NCBI RefSeq assembly: GCF_006345805.1
Contig: NC_043005.1
Coordinates: 50,344,001 to 50,408,000, forward strand
DNA length: 64,000 bases
Source of the DNA: Octopus sinensis
Lineage: Eukaryota
Direction: 5' to 3'
Shown: positions 27,250 through 39,430 of the stretch, piece by piece
Numbering within the stretch: the first letter of the stretch is position 1
Layout: each line of letters opens with the position of its first letter
The notes under the pieces: model-generated
Database searches by the model: none
Seen by the model: the letters and a program-made list of their open reading frames with translations, nothing else
Told to the model about the DNA's origin: nothing
Translations under genes and position numbers: made by a program

Positions 27250-27456
27250 GACACGCAGTAGGAGAGCCTCTGCCTAGTCGCTCTACTTGCTAGATATAGC
27301 AACCAAATCTTCTCCCCACTCAAACCATATCCGTGCCTTCACAAAGGAAAATACCCTATGGATAAAGCAGTCCAACACATACTTCTAATGATATAGGGTG
27401 GTCATAGTTGGATCATCTGTCATCTTAAGTCTGTTCGAGAGGGACTGACATGGGAC

Positions 27457-27470
<14 letters not shown>
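27250..27470 (+). mobile_element. SINE-E-like repeat with (AAC)n tail
   Basis: CTACTTGCTAGATATAGCAACCAAATC..GACTGACATGGGACTAAAC(AAC)n. Confidence 0.6.
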
Positions 27471-27511
<41 letters not shown>

Positions 27512-27689
27512 AAACAACAACAACAACAACAACAGTAACAACAGCAACAGCAGCAGCTGCAGCAGTAACAGTTACATAGCTATACACATACATAAGCGAG
27601 CCAACGAAGGAACATCTATTTTATACGTGGTTGCTAGACATAACAGCTAAATCTACGCCAATTTACACGCTACTATTTTAGAATAGTGA

Positions 27690-28190
27690 AGGCACATGGC
27701 TCAGTCATTAGAGTGCCGGGTTGTCATGAGATAGTGAGTTCGATTCCCAGGCCAAGCTGTGTGTTGTGTTCTTAAGCAAGACACTTTGTTTCACGTCGCT
27801 CCAGTTCACTCAGCTGTAGAAATGGGCTGCGATGTCACTGGTGCCAAACTGTAACGGCCTTTCCCTTGAGTAACATCGGTGGTGAAAAGATGGGAGGCAG
27901 GTGAGTTCAAATTCCGCCGAGGTCGACTTTGCCTTTCATCCTTTCGGGGTCGATAAATTAAGTACCAGTTACGCACTGGGGTCGATGTAATCGACATAAT
28001 ACCTATGTCTGTCCTTGTTTGTCCCCTCTGTGTTTAGCCCCTTGTGGGTAATAAAGAAATAGGTATGCATGGACAGCCGCTGGTCTTCCATAAAGCAACG
28101 TTGCTTGGATTTGTGCATCAGAGGGTAACTTTCTCGGTGCAATCCCATGGTCATTCATGACCGAAGGACGTCTTTATCGTTTACCCTTTT
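27690..28190 (+). mobile_element. SINE-C interrupted by a headless SINE-A tail-1 unit (27903-28060)
   Basis: AGGT at 27899-27902 and 28061-28064 brackets the insert; the SINE-C body resumes ATGCATGG. Confidence 0.87.
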
Positions 28191-29357
28191 TATTTTAGAA
28201 AATCGCGCAGTCCTAGAAAGAAAGTCGAGACCTTATGCTCTTGAGACCATAAGCACCACCACTAACTTATTGTTTCTTTACAATATATGGAATCTCTGTT
28301 TCAGTTATTTCTAGTATTATCAAGGCCCATATTAAGTCATGATCCGACAACAGAGATTCAAGACATACAATACGATTTCCCTTTGGAGGAGCAAAATGTT
28401 ATCCCGAAGGACAAAGATGAGGTGCCACAGCAGTAATGTACTGAACTGTTACTATGCAAGACACGAACAACGTATATCGTATAAGAATGAACCCAGGTAA
28501 TATGTAGAATCATGTTTTATAACTACCCAAAGAAGATCAAATAGTGAACATAAACAAATTAAGATGATTATGGAAGTATTTTGGTTGAATGAGAGTAATC
28601 TATAGTAGCTACTAATAATTAAATTCAATAACAAGGGAAGATGAAAAGGTAATATTACAAGCCCTACCCTAGGAAATAATAATATGCCAAAGGCATAAAG
28701 TTGTTTATGGCATCCTATTTTTGACGTGTAGAATAATTCAGAGAATTTGATAAGATACGTAATGGAATAAATTAAAAAATGCTGGAAATCTTCGTTCGAA
28801 AAAGGGGACGTGTTGGTAAAATGAAAATAGTTTGATGTTGGATAAAACCAGGAAGGATAATAAAAAAAAATGTACGATTAGTAATGATGAAGTACAATGA
28901 ATGTATTGGAAAGTATTTGGGTCAGATAGGTGAATAAATAAACGAATAAGAGGAAATATAAAATATATAATGAAATAAGATTAAATAGATATCAAATTTA
29001 CAATAGGGGTAAATAAAGCGAGATGAAGAGACAGGGAAGAAATGAGTTAAGCGTTTGATTAGAATGAAGTGAATGAAGTGAGATCGGTTATAAGAAAACA
29101 AAGATGATGTGAATGGAATGTGTTAAAAGAAGAGACAATGAACTACATTAAAAGTAAAATGAACGGAAAGTATATAAATAGAAGTAAAGATTTAGAAGGT
29201 CAAGAAAAATGTATATGGAGATTAATACTGTAATAGGAAAAATAGATTAAAATAGTTAATCGAAAAAGTTTGACAAATTATATATATGTAAGTATATATA
29301 CATTTACGTATGTTTATCTCTCTCTCTCTCTCTTTCCACACACATACACACACACAT

Positions 29358-29394
<37 letters not shown>

Positions 29395-30447
29395 GAGGGA
29401 GAGATAGATACGATTTAACGTACACAGTATAAAGATAAGAGCTACGAATAGTTTCTTACTGTTAAGACACGTAGCTAGGTGGGATTATTCTTTTATAACG
29501 TGCCTTATGTCTCTACGCAATTTTCAGGCTTTGAACATATACGTGAGAAACTACGAGGAAAAGCAAGAAAAAGCGAGAAGGTTGATGCAAAAAGTGGAAG
29601 GGTGAATAAAAACGGAAAAAGAAAAGTAAGGCAATTAAAGTTACGTCTCTTTCGACCGTAGAAGCCAACGTTTTGGATTTGTATCTAAGACTACAGCCAC
29701 TTATGTATAAAATGCGCTCTTTTTATATACAAGACGGTTGATTTAACATAGAACTCACTGTGAAAATCCAATGTGATTTAAGATAGATTTAGTAGCCATT
29801 TCTAACATGTCAAATGATCAAAGGACTCGTTGTTGCGAGTTGTTAAGAATTATTTATGGAAGTGGCTAAGGGGACAACACAATTTTGTCCGAGAATGGAC
29901 ACGATCCGTCCGTCAACCACTGAGTTCGCTGAACAACAGCACATTATCGCTTTGCTTGTCCACATTCTCAAATGCGAATATTGATCGCTAACAGTGGTAC
30001 AAGATTACACATTTGACAAGGGAGCGTGGGCGAGTGGAGAGGGGATTATAATTTATTAAATGAACTCCAGTACTTGACAGATATTTTATTTTATCGACTT
30101 TGGACGGATGAAAGAGCAAAGTTGATCTCGGCAGAATTTGAACACAGAACGCCAAGGGCCATAACTTAAGTTAAATTCTCAACGGATATTGACCTCACTT
30201 ATTATCTGCCACATGAGATAATTGTCAAGGTCAATTAGTTAGTTGAGGTCAACTAGTTAGTTGTCACAGCCTATGCCACCAATTATCCAGTGTGCTACCA
30301 ATTATCCAATATTTCTAAATCGAGCACCAAACTTTAGGTATGAAATTATTGAAACAATTAAGTTCGTGCCGTATGAGAGAAATTAAGGTGAATTCTACAT
30401 TCTAAGATATATATATATATATCTTAGAATGTAGAATTGACCTTAAT

Positions 30448-30498
<51 letters not shown>

Positions 30499-30689
30499 TA
30501 CTAATATATATATATATATGTACACACACACACACACACACCGCACATGTGTGTGTATATGTATATATATATACATATATATATGTGTGCGTGTATGTAT
30601 GTATAGGAAAATAAAGCATATAACGTCCCTCAAATGTGTATACTAATATATAAGATGCCTATATATGTGGATATAAAGCGTATAGCATT

Positions 30690-31150
30690 CTTTTATCTTT
30701 TACTTGTTTCAGTTATTGGCCAGCAGCCATGTTGGGGCACCACAGTGAAGAGTTTAGTCGAATACATCGTCCCCAGTACATTTTTTCTCTAAATCTGGTA
30801 CTTATTCTATCGGTCTTTTTTGCCGAACCGCTAGACGTAAATAAGCCAATACTGGTTGTTAAGCAGTGGTAGAAAACAAACACAAGACTCATACATTCAT
30901 TCATACATACATACATACATACATACATACATACACACACACACATACATACATACATACATACATACATACATACATACATACATACATACATACATAC
31001 ATACATGCACACATATATATCCACTCACAAGGCTTTTGTTGGCCCGGGGCTATAGGAGAAAACACTTGTCCGAGATGCCGCACAGTGGGACTGAACTCGA
31101 GATCACATGGATGGGAAGCAAATTTCATGACGTTTGCATGGCATGGATAA
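30690..31150 (-). mobile_element. SINE-B, near full length, with (CATA)n expansion
   Basis: Tail TTTTACTTGTTTCAGTTATTGGCCAGCAGCCATG; body CCACTCACAAGGCTTT..GGGCTATAG. Confidence 0.8.
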
Positions 31151-31552
31151 GGAACTGAGAGTAGAAATGGTCGAGCAAATTGAGTACGAGTTTGCACTCA
31201 GTCCTTGCCATTTTTCCATGTCCACAACAAAATCATTTGATTTCCAACAGCTTTGTTATATTGTAAACAGTGGCAAAGCTAAAGAATTCACAAATGAATT
31301 CGTTTGTCTTAAATCGCCAATTCTATGAATCTCAAGATATAACCCAAAGGGAATGGATCAGCGTCCTATCCCTAAATAAGTTCTTGACTGTCATTTTGTT
31401 TGATATCGATTTCTAACAAAGACACAATCACACATCACGCGCGTGCGAGCGATTTGGGGTGATTGAACAATCCCTTAAATTGACTCCAGTACATGACAAG
31501 AACTTTATGCTATGTAAAATTTTGACCCCACATCTTATAAGATATAAGAGAG

Positions 31553-31686
31553 GGAATGGCTGAAACAGCTAAGACTCTACTCCCTGGAGCGAAGGCGGGA
31601 GAGGTATGCTATAATATACATCTGGAAGATCCTGGAAGGAATTGTACCAAATTTTGGCATTGAAAGCTACACCAATGCTAGAATGG
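31553..31686 (+). mobile_element. Internal fragment of the CR1/L2 LINE seen at 50355-52011
   Basis: GGCTGAAACAGCTAAGACTCTACTCCCTGGAGCGAAGGCGGG..CACCAATGC is near-identical to 51539-51660. Confidence 0.88.
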
Positions 31687-32364
31687 GTGGTGGTGAGTGA
31701 AATGTGTAATTTTTTTTTGAACTAAGCTTTTTCCTCCGTTACTTAGCCCGTCCGTTACGCTTTCAGGTGATTAGTTGAATGGAAAGGCGATGAACGAAGG
31801 AAAAAGGAAAGAGAAAAAGATGTTAAAGTGAAAGAGAAAGAGGGAGAGTGCTGTGTATTAAGTCTGTAAAATTGTACATAAAGTATATAAAGTGCATTAA
31901 GTAATCATCGTATTCCAATTTCCTTCACTTTTCAATGAATAGCGGATGAGCGACACAACACAGGTTACGCTTTCAGGTCTTTAGGATAGAGTTTCCAGAA
32001 ATGACCCAATAAATTTATCATTGATTCCGTGAAATAGCGGATCCCACTAGTTTGCATTATATTAAGAAAACCCTGTGTTAAACAGTGATTCTTCTATGGA
32101 TCGTTGCCATTCGGCAAAGGACTGAGGCTGTGTACACTGGAAATGGAAACTGGATCATGAAGTTGATTAGCGGCAGAATTGAAGTGAACCAAATTCTTCC
32201 GGGAATCAAAACATAATAGTGAACTCCACTAATCGCCATATTTTTTATATTGGATTCTTTTTAAGGCGCACGCACACACGCGCACAACAATACATTATAT
32301 ATATGTTTTTGTGTTATGTGTTTGTGTGGGTGTGTGTGTGTGTATATGTACACACATACATATT

Positions 32365-32441
<77 letters not shown>

Positions 32442-32675
32442 ATATATAGGTATATATGTTATAGTATATGTATTATGAAGAAAGAAATGAGGTACTCAGA
32501 AATTGGATGTTTATATTACAGATATTTATTAGTATGTTACATATTTTTATAAATCATATATCATAAAATAGTGCTTTCGTGCACTCTAGTGGAGTTGTGA
32601 AATATGTGCATGTATATATGTATATATATATATATACTGTATATATGTATATATATATGTACTGTATATATGTAT

Positions 32676-32726
<51 letters not shown>

Positions 32727-33132
32727 CGTATGTGTGTGCTATCAGTGCACTTAAGCCAGCTTGCCGACTCACGAAATACGACAGGTTATAGGCGTCCAAA
32801 ACAAACGAAAGTAGCTAACCGTATTTGGCGTTAAGTGCGTTTATGATAATTACCGGAAAATAAAATCCCTCTTGGTGAGTAATCTTTTTATATTGGTTTC
32901 GTAATAACCATTTTTGCTGTAGTATTTGTATGTTTGACCTCGTCGACCATACAACTTCGCATTGTATGATTACAACATCGACTGATAGTAAATTCTATAA
33001 AAATGTCTCGAGCAGAATCAATAGAACGGTAACGTAATCGCTAACACACTTAATGTGGCGGACACGATAACTTTAATAATCGACACTATACCCGTATCGA
33101 AGAAAGGTTATTATTGAACAGAATGTTTAAAC

Positions 33133-33262
33133 CAGTGTTTCTCAATTTATTTGATTTCGTGGTACACTGGAGATCAAATAAAAAAGCAAATTACCAGCGC
33201 ACTTCACATGGAAAGTTTAAAAAATTATGTTTTAATGTTTAAAAGAATTGGCAATATATACT

Positions 33263-33309
<47 letters not shown>

Positions 33310-33690
33310 TATATATATATGGCTTATTTTATTATCTACACTTGTATACAATGGCTTCAGTGTTTTATTATGTACTTATTTTTGGCACAAGATCATTAAT
33401 TTTAGATGAGTCGATAAGTCGATTAGATTGACTCCAACGCTCAACTGGTACTTATTTTATCGACTCCGAAGGATGAAAGGCAAAGTCGACCTCTAGGGAA
33501 TTAAATCTTAGAATGAAAAAAGCTGGATGAAATGCCGAGGCGCTAACGAGTCTGCCAGCTCACCTCCAGCTTGTACTTGTCTGCCAGCTTGTACACTACA
33601 TATTTGTTAACAACACGATTCTTTTAAGACTTTTCAATGCTTGTGGCACCTAAATTTTTTTGGGGTACACCAGTGAGGTATTGACTTAAA
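33133..33690. mobile_element. Possible hAT-like MITE split by SINE-A (33375-33565, -)
   Basis: Left end CAGTGTTTCTCAA is hAT-like; right end degenerate; no TSD seen. Confidence 0.3.
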
Positions 33691-35914
33691 ATCAACCAAA
33701 GGTAACATTTACTAATCAAAATGAAAAATACAAATGTAAGTTTGTTATAATTAATTTTTAATTGATCGGCGCACATTGGTTGAAGTTTCGTTTATTTATA
33801 ATTGGAAAGAAAATAATCGATGGGTTGTTTAATCCTCAAATCAATCCTGGTCGAACAGAGGTATGATCAAAGATATTCCAAGTGTGGCCATTCGGTTTTT
33901 ATTTTATCCAAACCTTTTTTAGTGAATTTATAAACGTTTGTAAATGAAATTTAATGACAGTGAATTGATTTGATACGGGAAGTGAAAATCTAATGTTTTT
34001 GAAAATTGTCCTTCTGAGTTAGATAGACAGATAGATGGATAAACAAACTGATAGATAGATAGTTAGAGAAGAAGGGGAGAGGAGGAGAGGAAGAGGAAGA
34101 GGAGGAGGTTTTAACACTAGGATGCAAGTAATTCGAATGAGAGAAAAGTGGAAGGTTATGTGAAAAGTTAGATGTGACGAGAGAGTGAGAGGATAAAACC
34201 AGAAAGCATTGGAGAGGGTTGTATTGGGAAAGTCTGAAATCCAGATATTACCCTTATGCTAAATTATCCTATGTGCCTTTTCTAAGATTGAATGGTATAA
34301 TTCGAGGGACACTCAGTTGTTATTTCTAATAGAATTATCGGCCACATAAGGGCTACATTTTTAACGCGTTGAATGGCTGTTTCAATGAGAGCTTGAGTAC
34401 TTCCGTTTCACTTATCGACTTGACATTGGATTTAACTAATGAATTGAAAACCAGTTGAATTATAGTTGCACTAAATTGCGATGGAATTTTCATACACCCT
34501 TTCCTTTTCACATCCTTTCAAATCTTAAGGAAGTCATCGACGCTGATCAAGAAGAATACTTCTAAACGGTCGTTCGACTTGTGAGAAATAGCTACCAAAT
34601 CTCCTTCAAATCACATACTATGGTCTTAAAAACAGGATAACATGGTGGATAATATAGTCGTATGTACACTCTGGCTGAACATTCAAATCTAGATAGTCAA
34701 GTCTTTAATCTCTTTCATCATAGGTCGTCTAGATCAGAGCTGGCCTCCGCTAGGTGACAATATCAATAAATTTAACAAATGAACAATTCTAAATACACAA
34801 GCACATAAATATACACACGTCCGTATATTCATACATACACACATACATACTTCAATCCATGCATGCATGCATGCATACATACATACATACATACATACAT
34901 ACATACATACATACATACATACATACATACATACATACATTCATACATTCATTACATACATACAATTAATCAGTCAGCCAAGGCAAACCAAACGAACTCA
35001 TACGCATAAACACGTACAAACGAACACGTACTCGCGTGCACCTTCCTCCACCACATTCTTTTTCTCTGTTTATTAGAAATTTTGCTAGATTCAGATTTCT
35101 TGATTTCATATTTCTACACTCGTCATGCGTGCAAGCGGATCTCTTCTTATCTCACTTCGAACTACATCTCCACATTCTCCAAACCCAGTAGCTATTCTTG
35201 GAATATGATTTCCTTCTTTTTCTCAAATACTTGTGATAAATCTGTAGCTTTTACACAAGTTCCCGGAGTTCTTCTTCATATTGTGAATAGGGCAAACAGC
35301 GAAACAATTATCAAGGACAGTAAAGTAATCTTTCCTCTCGTTTACCTAATCAATACTGTTTCCTTGCAGAATATTCGCTTCTGTTTAATTTACAGTTCAG
35401 CAAACAGGTCGATATAGAGGACAAACCCTCGATCACCTTCCAACTTCCTATTGCCATAGTTGGAAATGTCTGTGTGTCTCTATGAATATGTGTATGTGTG
35501 TAAATGCTTGTAGTGATAGAAGACATGGGGAGTGTTCAGGTGTTGTTAAATGCTCACCAAACGCAGCTTACCTTTCCCCTCGGCTCTCATTAATGTTGTC
35601 AGTATGACAAATAAAGGTAAAGTTCACTCAGCATTTTTGAAGTATCCTTCTTTCAATTATTCATTATCGCTATTTTACGCTCCACTGAAATTGATGTTTA
35701 ACCCTAGGTCAACTGGTATCATCAATCCCATTGTATTTTCAAATTTAGTGTATCTAGATGCATATCGTCCTCAATGCCACGTCTTTCTTAAAATGGTGGG
35801 TGAGTATAAGCGCGGGAACGAAACTTCTTTAAAGGGTGCAAATCCAGGCCCAATGTCGGTTTTTTTTTTCAATCTTAATATCAAAACAAACACAGGTATA
35901 ATAATATTCACAAT

Positions 35915-36610
35915 AATCCTTTCTACTAAAGACACAAAGCTTGGAATTTTGTGAGAAGGGTCTAGTCGATTACATCGACCCCAGTGTTTCACTGGTACAT
36001 AATTTATTGACCTTGAAAGGATGAAAGGCATAATCGACCCCAGCAGAATTTGAACTCAGAACATGAAGACGGACGAAGCATTTCGCCCGGCGTGCCAACG
36101 AATTTATCAGCTTGCTGCCTTAGCAATTATAATAACAATGGTTTCAAATTTTTCCACAAAGGCAGCCACTTTTGGGGAGGGGATGTGTCGATTACATCGA
36201 CTCCTGTGTTCAACTGGTACTTAATGTATCGACTCTGAAAGGATCAAAGGCAAAGTCGACCTCGGCAGAATTTAAACTGAGAACGTAGCGGTAGACGAAA
36301 TACCTATTTCTTTACTACCCACAAGGGGCTAAACACAGAGAGGACAAACAAGTGCGTAACTAATACTTATTTAATCGACCCCGAATGGATGAAAGGCAAA
36401 GTCGACCTCAACGGAATTTGAACTCAGAACGTAGCGGCAGACGAAATACGGCTACGCATTTCGCCCGGCGTGCTAACGATTCTGCCAGCTCGCCGCCTTG
36501 CACGGTTATAATGATTAAAATCATTGCTTTCTATTCTAGGCACATGGCCCGAAATTTTGAGGGAGGAGACCAGCCGATTAGATCGACACCAGTACGCAAC
36601 GGGTACTTAA
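35915..36610 (-). mobile_element. SINE-A cluster: tail-2 monomer, a head + tail-1 + tail-2 stack (36135-36500) and a tail fragment
   Basis: Junction GAAATACCTATTTC ~36297, head junction ~36444 (unit internally deleted). Confidence 0.83.
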
Positions 36611-36959
36611 TGTTGTGCAGAAGCAGAATGGCCTATAGTACTTAGTTATTATCTTATTCTTTTACTGATTTCAATAATTCACTGCGGCCATTCTGGAGTA
36701 CCCCGTTTACGCTTTCAAGGGTTTGTTTTTATCCATCATGTCTATTGTAGTCAGGTATTTATTTTATTGATCCCTATTTATCGAACAGTTGGTTTACCTT
36801 TTCTGATCAAAGGGAAATGCAACTCGACATATCCGTAGTTGTAATGACACGCTCAGACTGGCATCTACATACGCATGCGCGCGCACACATATACAGACAC
36901 ACACACACACACACAGATACACATACACACGCGCGCACACACACAATACACGCACAAAC

Positions 36960-37096
36960 GCACATCGCATATATATATATACATATTATAGATATATTAT
37001 ATATATATATGTATATACATATATATGTAATATCTATATATTATATATATTATATTATATATAATATATAACATATATATGTATATAATATATATG

Positions 37097-37130
<34 letters not shown>

Positions 37131-37190
37131 ATATACATATATATGTATATACATATATATATATATAATATATATATATACATATATATG

Positions 37191-37232
<42 letters not shown>

Positions 37233-37247
37233 ATATGTATATACATA

Positions 37248-37339
<92 letters not shown>

Positions 37340-37340
37340 A
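36960..37340. repeat. (TA)n-dominated microsatellite
   Basis: Directly visible. Confidence 0.96.
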
Positions 37341-37803
37341 TATGTGAGTGCGCGTGTGTGCAAGCAATAACCGTGACTCCGACAAAACAATTGTTGTGGA
37401 ACTCACGGTTATTGATTAAATATCTCGACTCTCAGTCAATAGCCGGACGATATTTGTTTGAACCTGTCACCTCCTTCTATACTATTACATACACACACAC
37501 ACACACATACACACACACACACACACACACGCATGTCTATATAGCATGCTAATCTAATGCAACTCACTTACAGTGAGATGGTCTCCCCTGTCAGTTCAAG
37601 TAGAACGTGCCTTTTGTGGCTAAAGAGCCTGTGGCTCTTATTTGTAGAAATGCCGGTACTCTCTGCACCCTTGGTCACTTCTAGTGACGGTGAATTATTT
37701 CCCTTTTGGCTTTAAATTGCGTCTAGCCACCTTAATTATTTTGTACGCACGCACGCACACGCACGCACACACAATTATATCTAAATATATTCATATATAT
37801 AGT

Positions 37804-38747
37804 GGAGGCGCAATGGCCCAGTGGTTAGGGCAGCAGACTCACGGTCGTAGGCGGCGAGCTGGGAGAAACGTTAGCACGCCGGGTGAAATGCTTACCGGTA
37901 TTTCGTCTGCCGCTACGTTCTGAGTTCAAATTCCGCCGAGGTCGACTTTGCCTTTCATCCTTTCGTGGTCGATTAAATAAGTATCAGTTACGCACTGGGC
38001 TCGATATAATCGACTTAATCCTTTTGTCTGTCCTTGTTTGTCCTCTCTGTGTTTAGCCCCTTGTAGGTAGTAAAGAAATAGGTATTTCGGCTACCGCTAT
38101 GTTATGAGTTCAAATTCCGCCGAGGTCGACTTTGCCTCTCATCCTTTCGGGGTCGATAAATTAAGTACCAATTACGCACTGGGGTCGATATAATCGACTT
38201 AATCCGTTTGTCTGTCCTTGTTCGTCCTCTCTGAGTTTAGCCCCGTGTGGGTAGTAAAGAAATAGAAATAGGTATTTCGTCTGTGTATATGATCTGAGTT
38301 CAAATTTCTCCGAGATCGATGAATTATGTAGCAGTTGCGTACTGGGATCAATGTGATCGACTGCCCCCGCAAAAAAAAAAAAAAAATTCGTGTCTTGTGG
38401 CTAGAGTAGAAAAGGATCACAGTTTCGATTAACAGATCGGGCGTTATGAATGTTTATTCAGCGAAAACACCTATAGGTTCACGAGCCTTCGGCAAGGGTT
38501 GGTGGAGAACCCTGCTGTACTCTTTCACCACAACTTTCTCTCAGTCTTTCTTCCTGTTTCTCTTGTACCTGTATTTGAAAGGGCCAGCTTTGTCACACTC
38601 TGTATCACGCTGAATCTCCCCGAGAACTACGTTAAGGATACACATGTCTGTGGAGTGCTCAGTCACTTGCACGTTAATTTCACGAGCAAGCTGTTCCGAT
38701 GATCGTATCAGCTGGGACCCTCGTTGTCATAACCGACGGAGTGCTCC
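37804..38747 (+). mobile_element. SINE-F (tRNA-like head 37804-37849, body 38415-38747) split by a SINE-A stack (37850-38414)
   Basis: Head GGAGGCGCAATGGCCCAGTGGTTAGGGCAGC..GGTCGTAG continues as GATCACAGTTTCGATT (B-box-like) after the stack; stack GGTATT sites at 37897, 38081 and 38271. Confidence 0.8.
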
Positions 38748-38792
38748 TTATTATTTACATACATACATATGTATGTATGTAAATATATATAT

Positions 38793-39000
38793 GTTACCGC
38801 GTGTGTACCGTTGGCGATTTTTTTCCCTCTGTCTTCCCTTCTCTGGATCTTTTCTTTTCCTATGTTTCTGACGAAGAGCTCCGCTCGAAACGTAAAACCC
38901 TCCTTCTTCCCTTCCTTCCTGAGCGTCCAATAATACTCTATTTGTTCCACATCCTCGTGTTGTTGTGTTTTCTCTTTGTGTTTTCATGTTTGGATTAACT
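38793..39000 (+). mobile_element. Penelope-like (pLTR-type) repeat carrying a minimal type-I hammerhead motif
   Basis: CTGACGA(38868-74)-A-GAGC/TCC/GCTC-GAAACG..GCGTC(38927); TA-rich flanks; related copy on - at 54340-54507. Confidence 0.65.
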
Positions 39001-39229
39001 ATATATATATATTATTGTTATTATTATTGTATAGATATAATTATGATTAAAGGTACTGAGAAATAGCACCTACATGCTAGAGACAGACGTCAAATGACGT
39101 CTATCTCTAGTATGTATGTGCACGCGTGTACATAATATATATATATATATATATATATATACGACGTATTTTGACACTGTTTCGACCTATCAAATAACAT
39201 TTCATTTGCAAAGCATTGTTCAGCTCGAG

Positions 39230-39430
39230 GCAACCGTAGAACTTCTCAAGTTGTGTGGTGGGATTGTTACTCGGAAGCATGTGGCTTTGTGAAGCGGACT
39301 TCTTAACCGCACGACTGTCGAGACACTACATATTTCAAAACTTCCATGCTTCCTGAAATTCACCAACAGAACACCTGGTCCCTTTTGTTTCTTAGTCGTA
39401 TGCACCTGAGCACTGTGTAAAACACTTTCA
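39230..39430 (+). mobile_element. CR1/L2 3' end fragment (same family as 15455-15810)
   Basis: TTCAAAACTTCCATGCTTCCTGA(A)ATTCACCAAC..TGCACCTGAGCACT shared. Confidence 0.65.
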
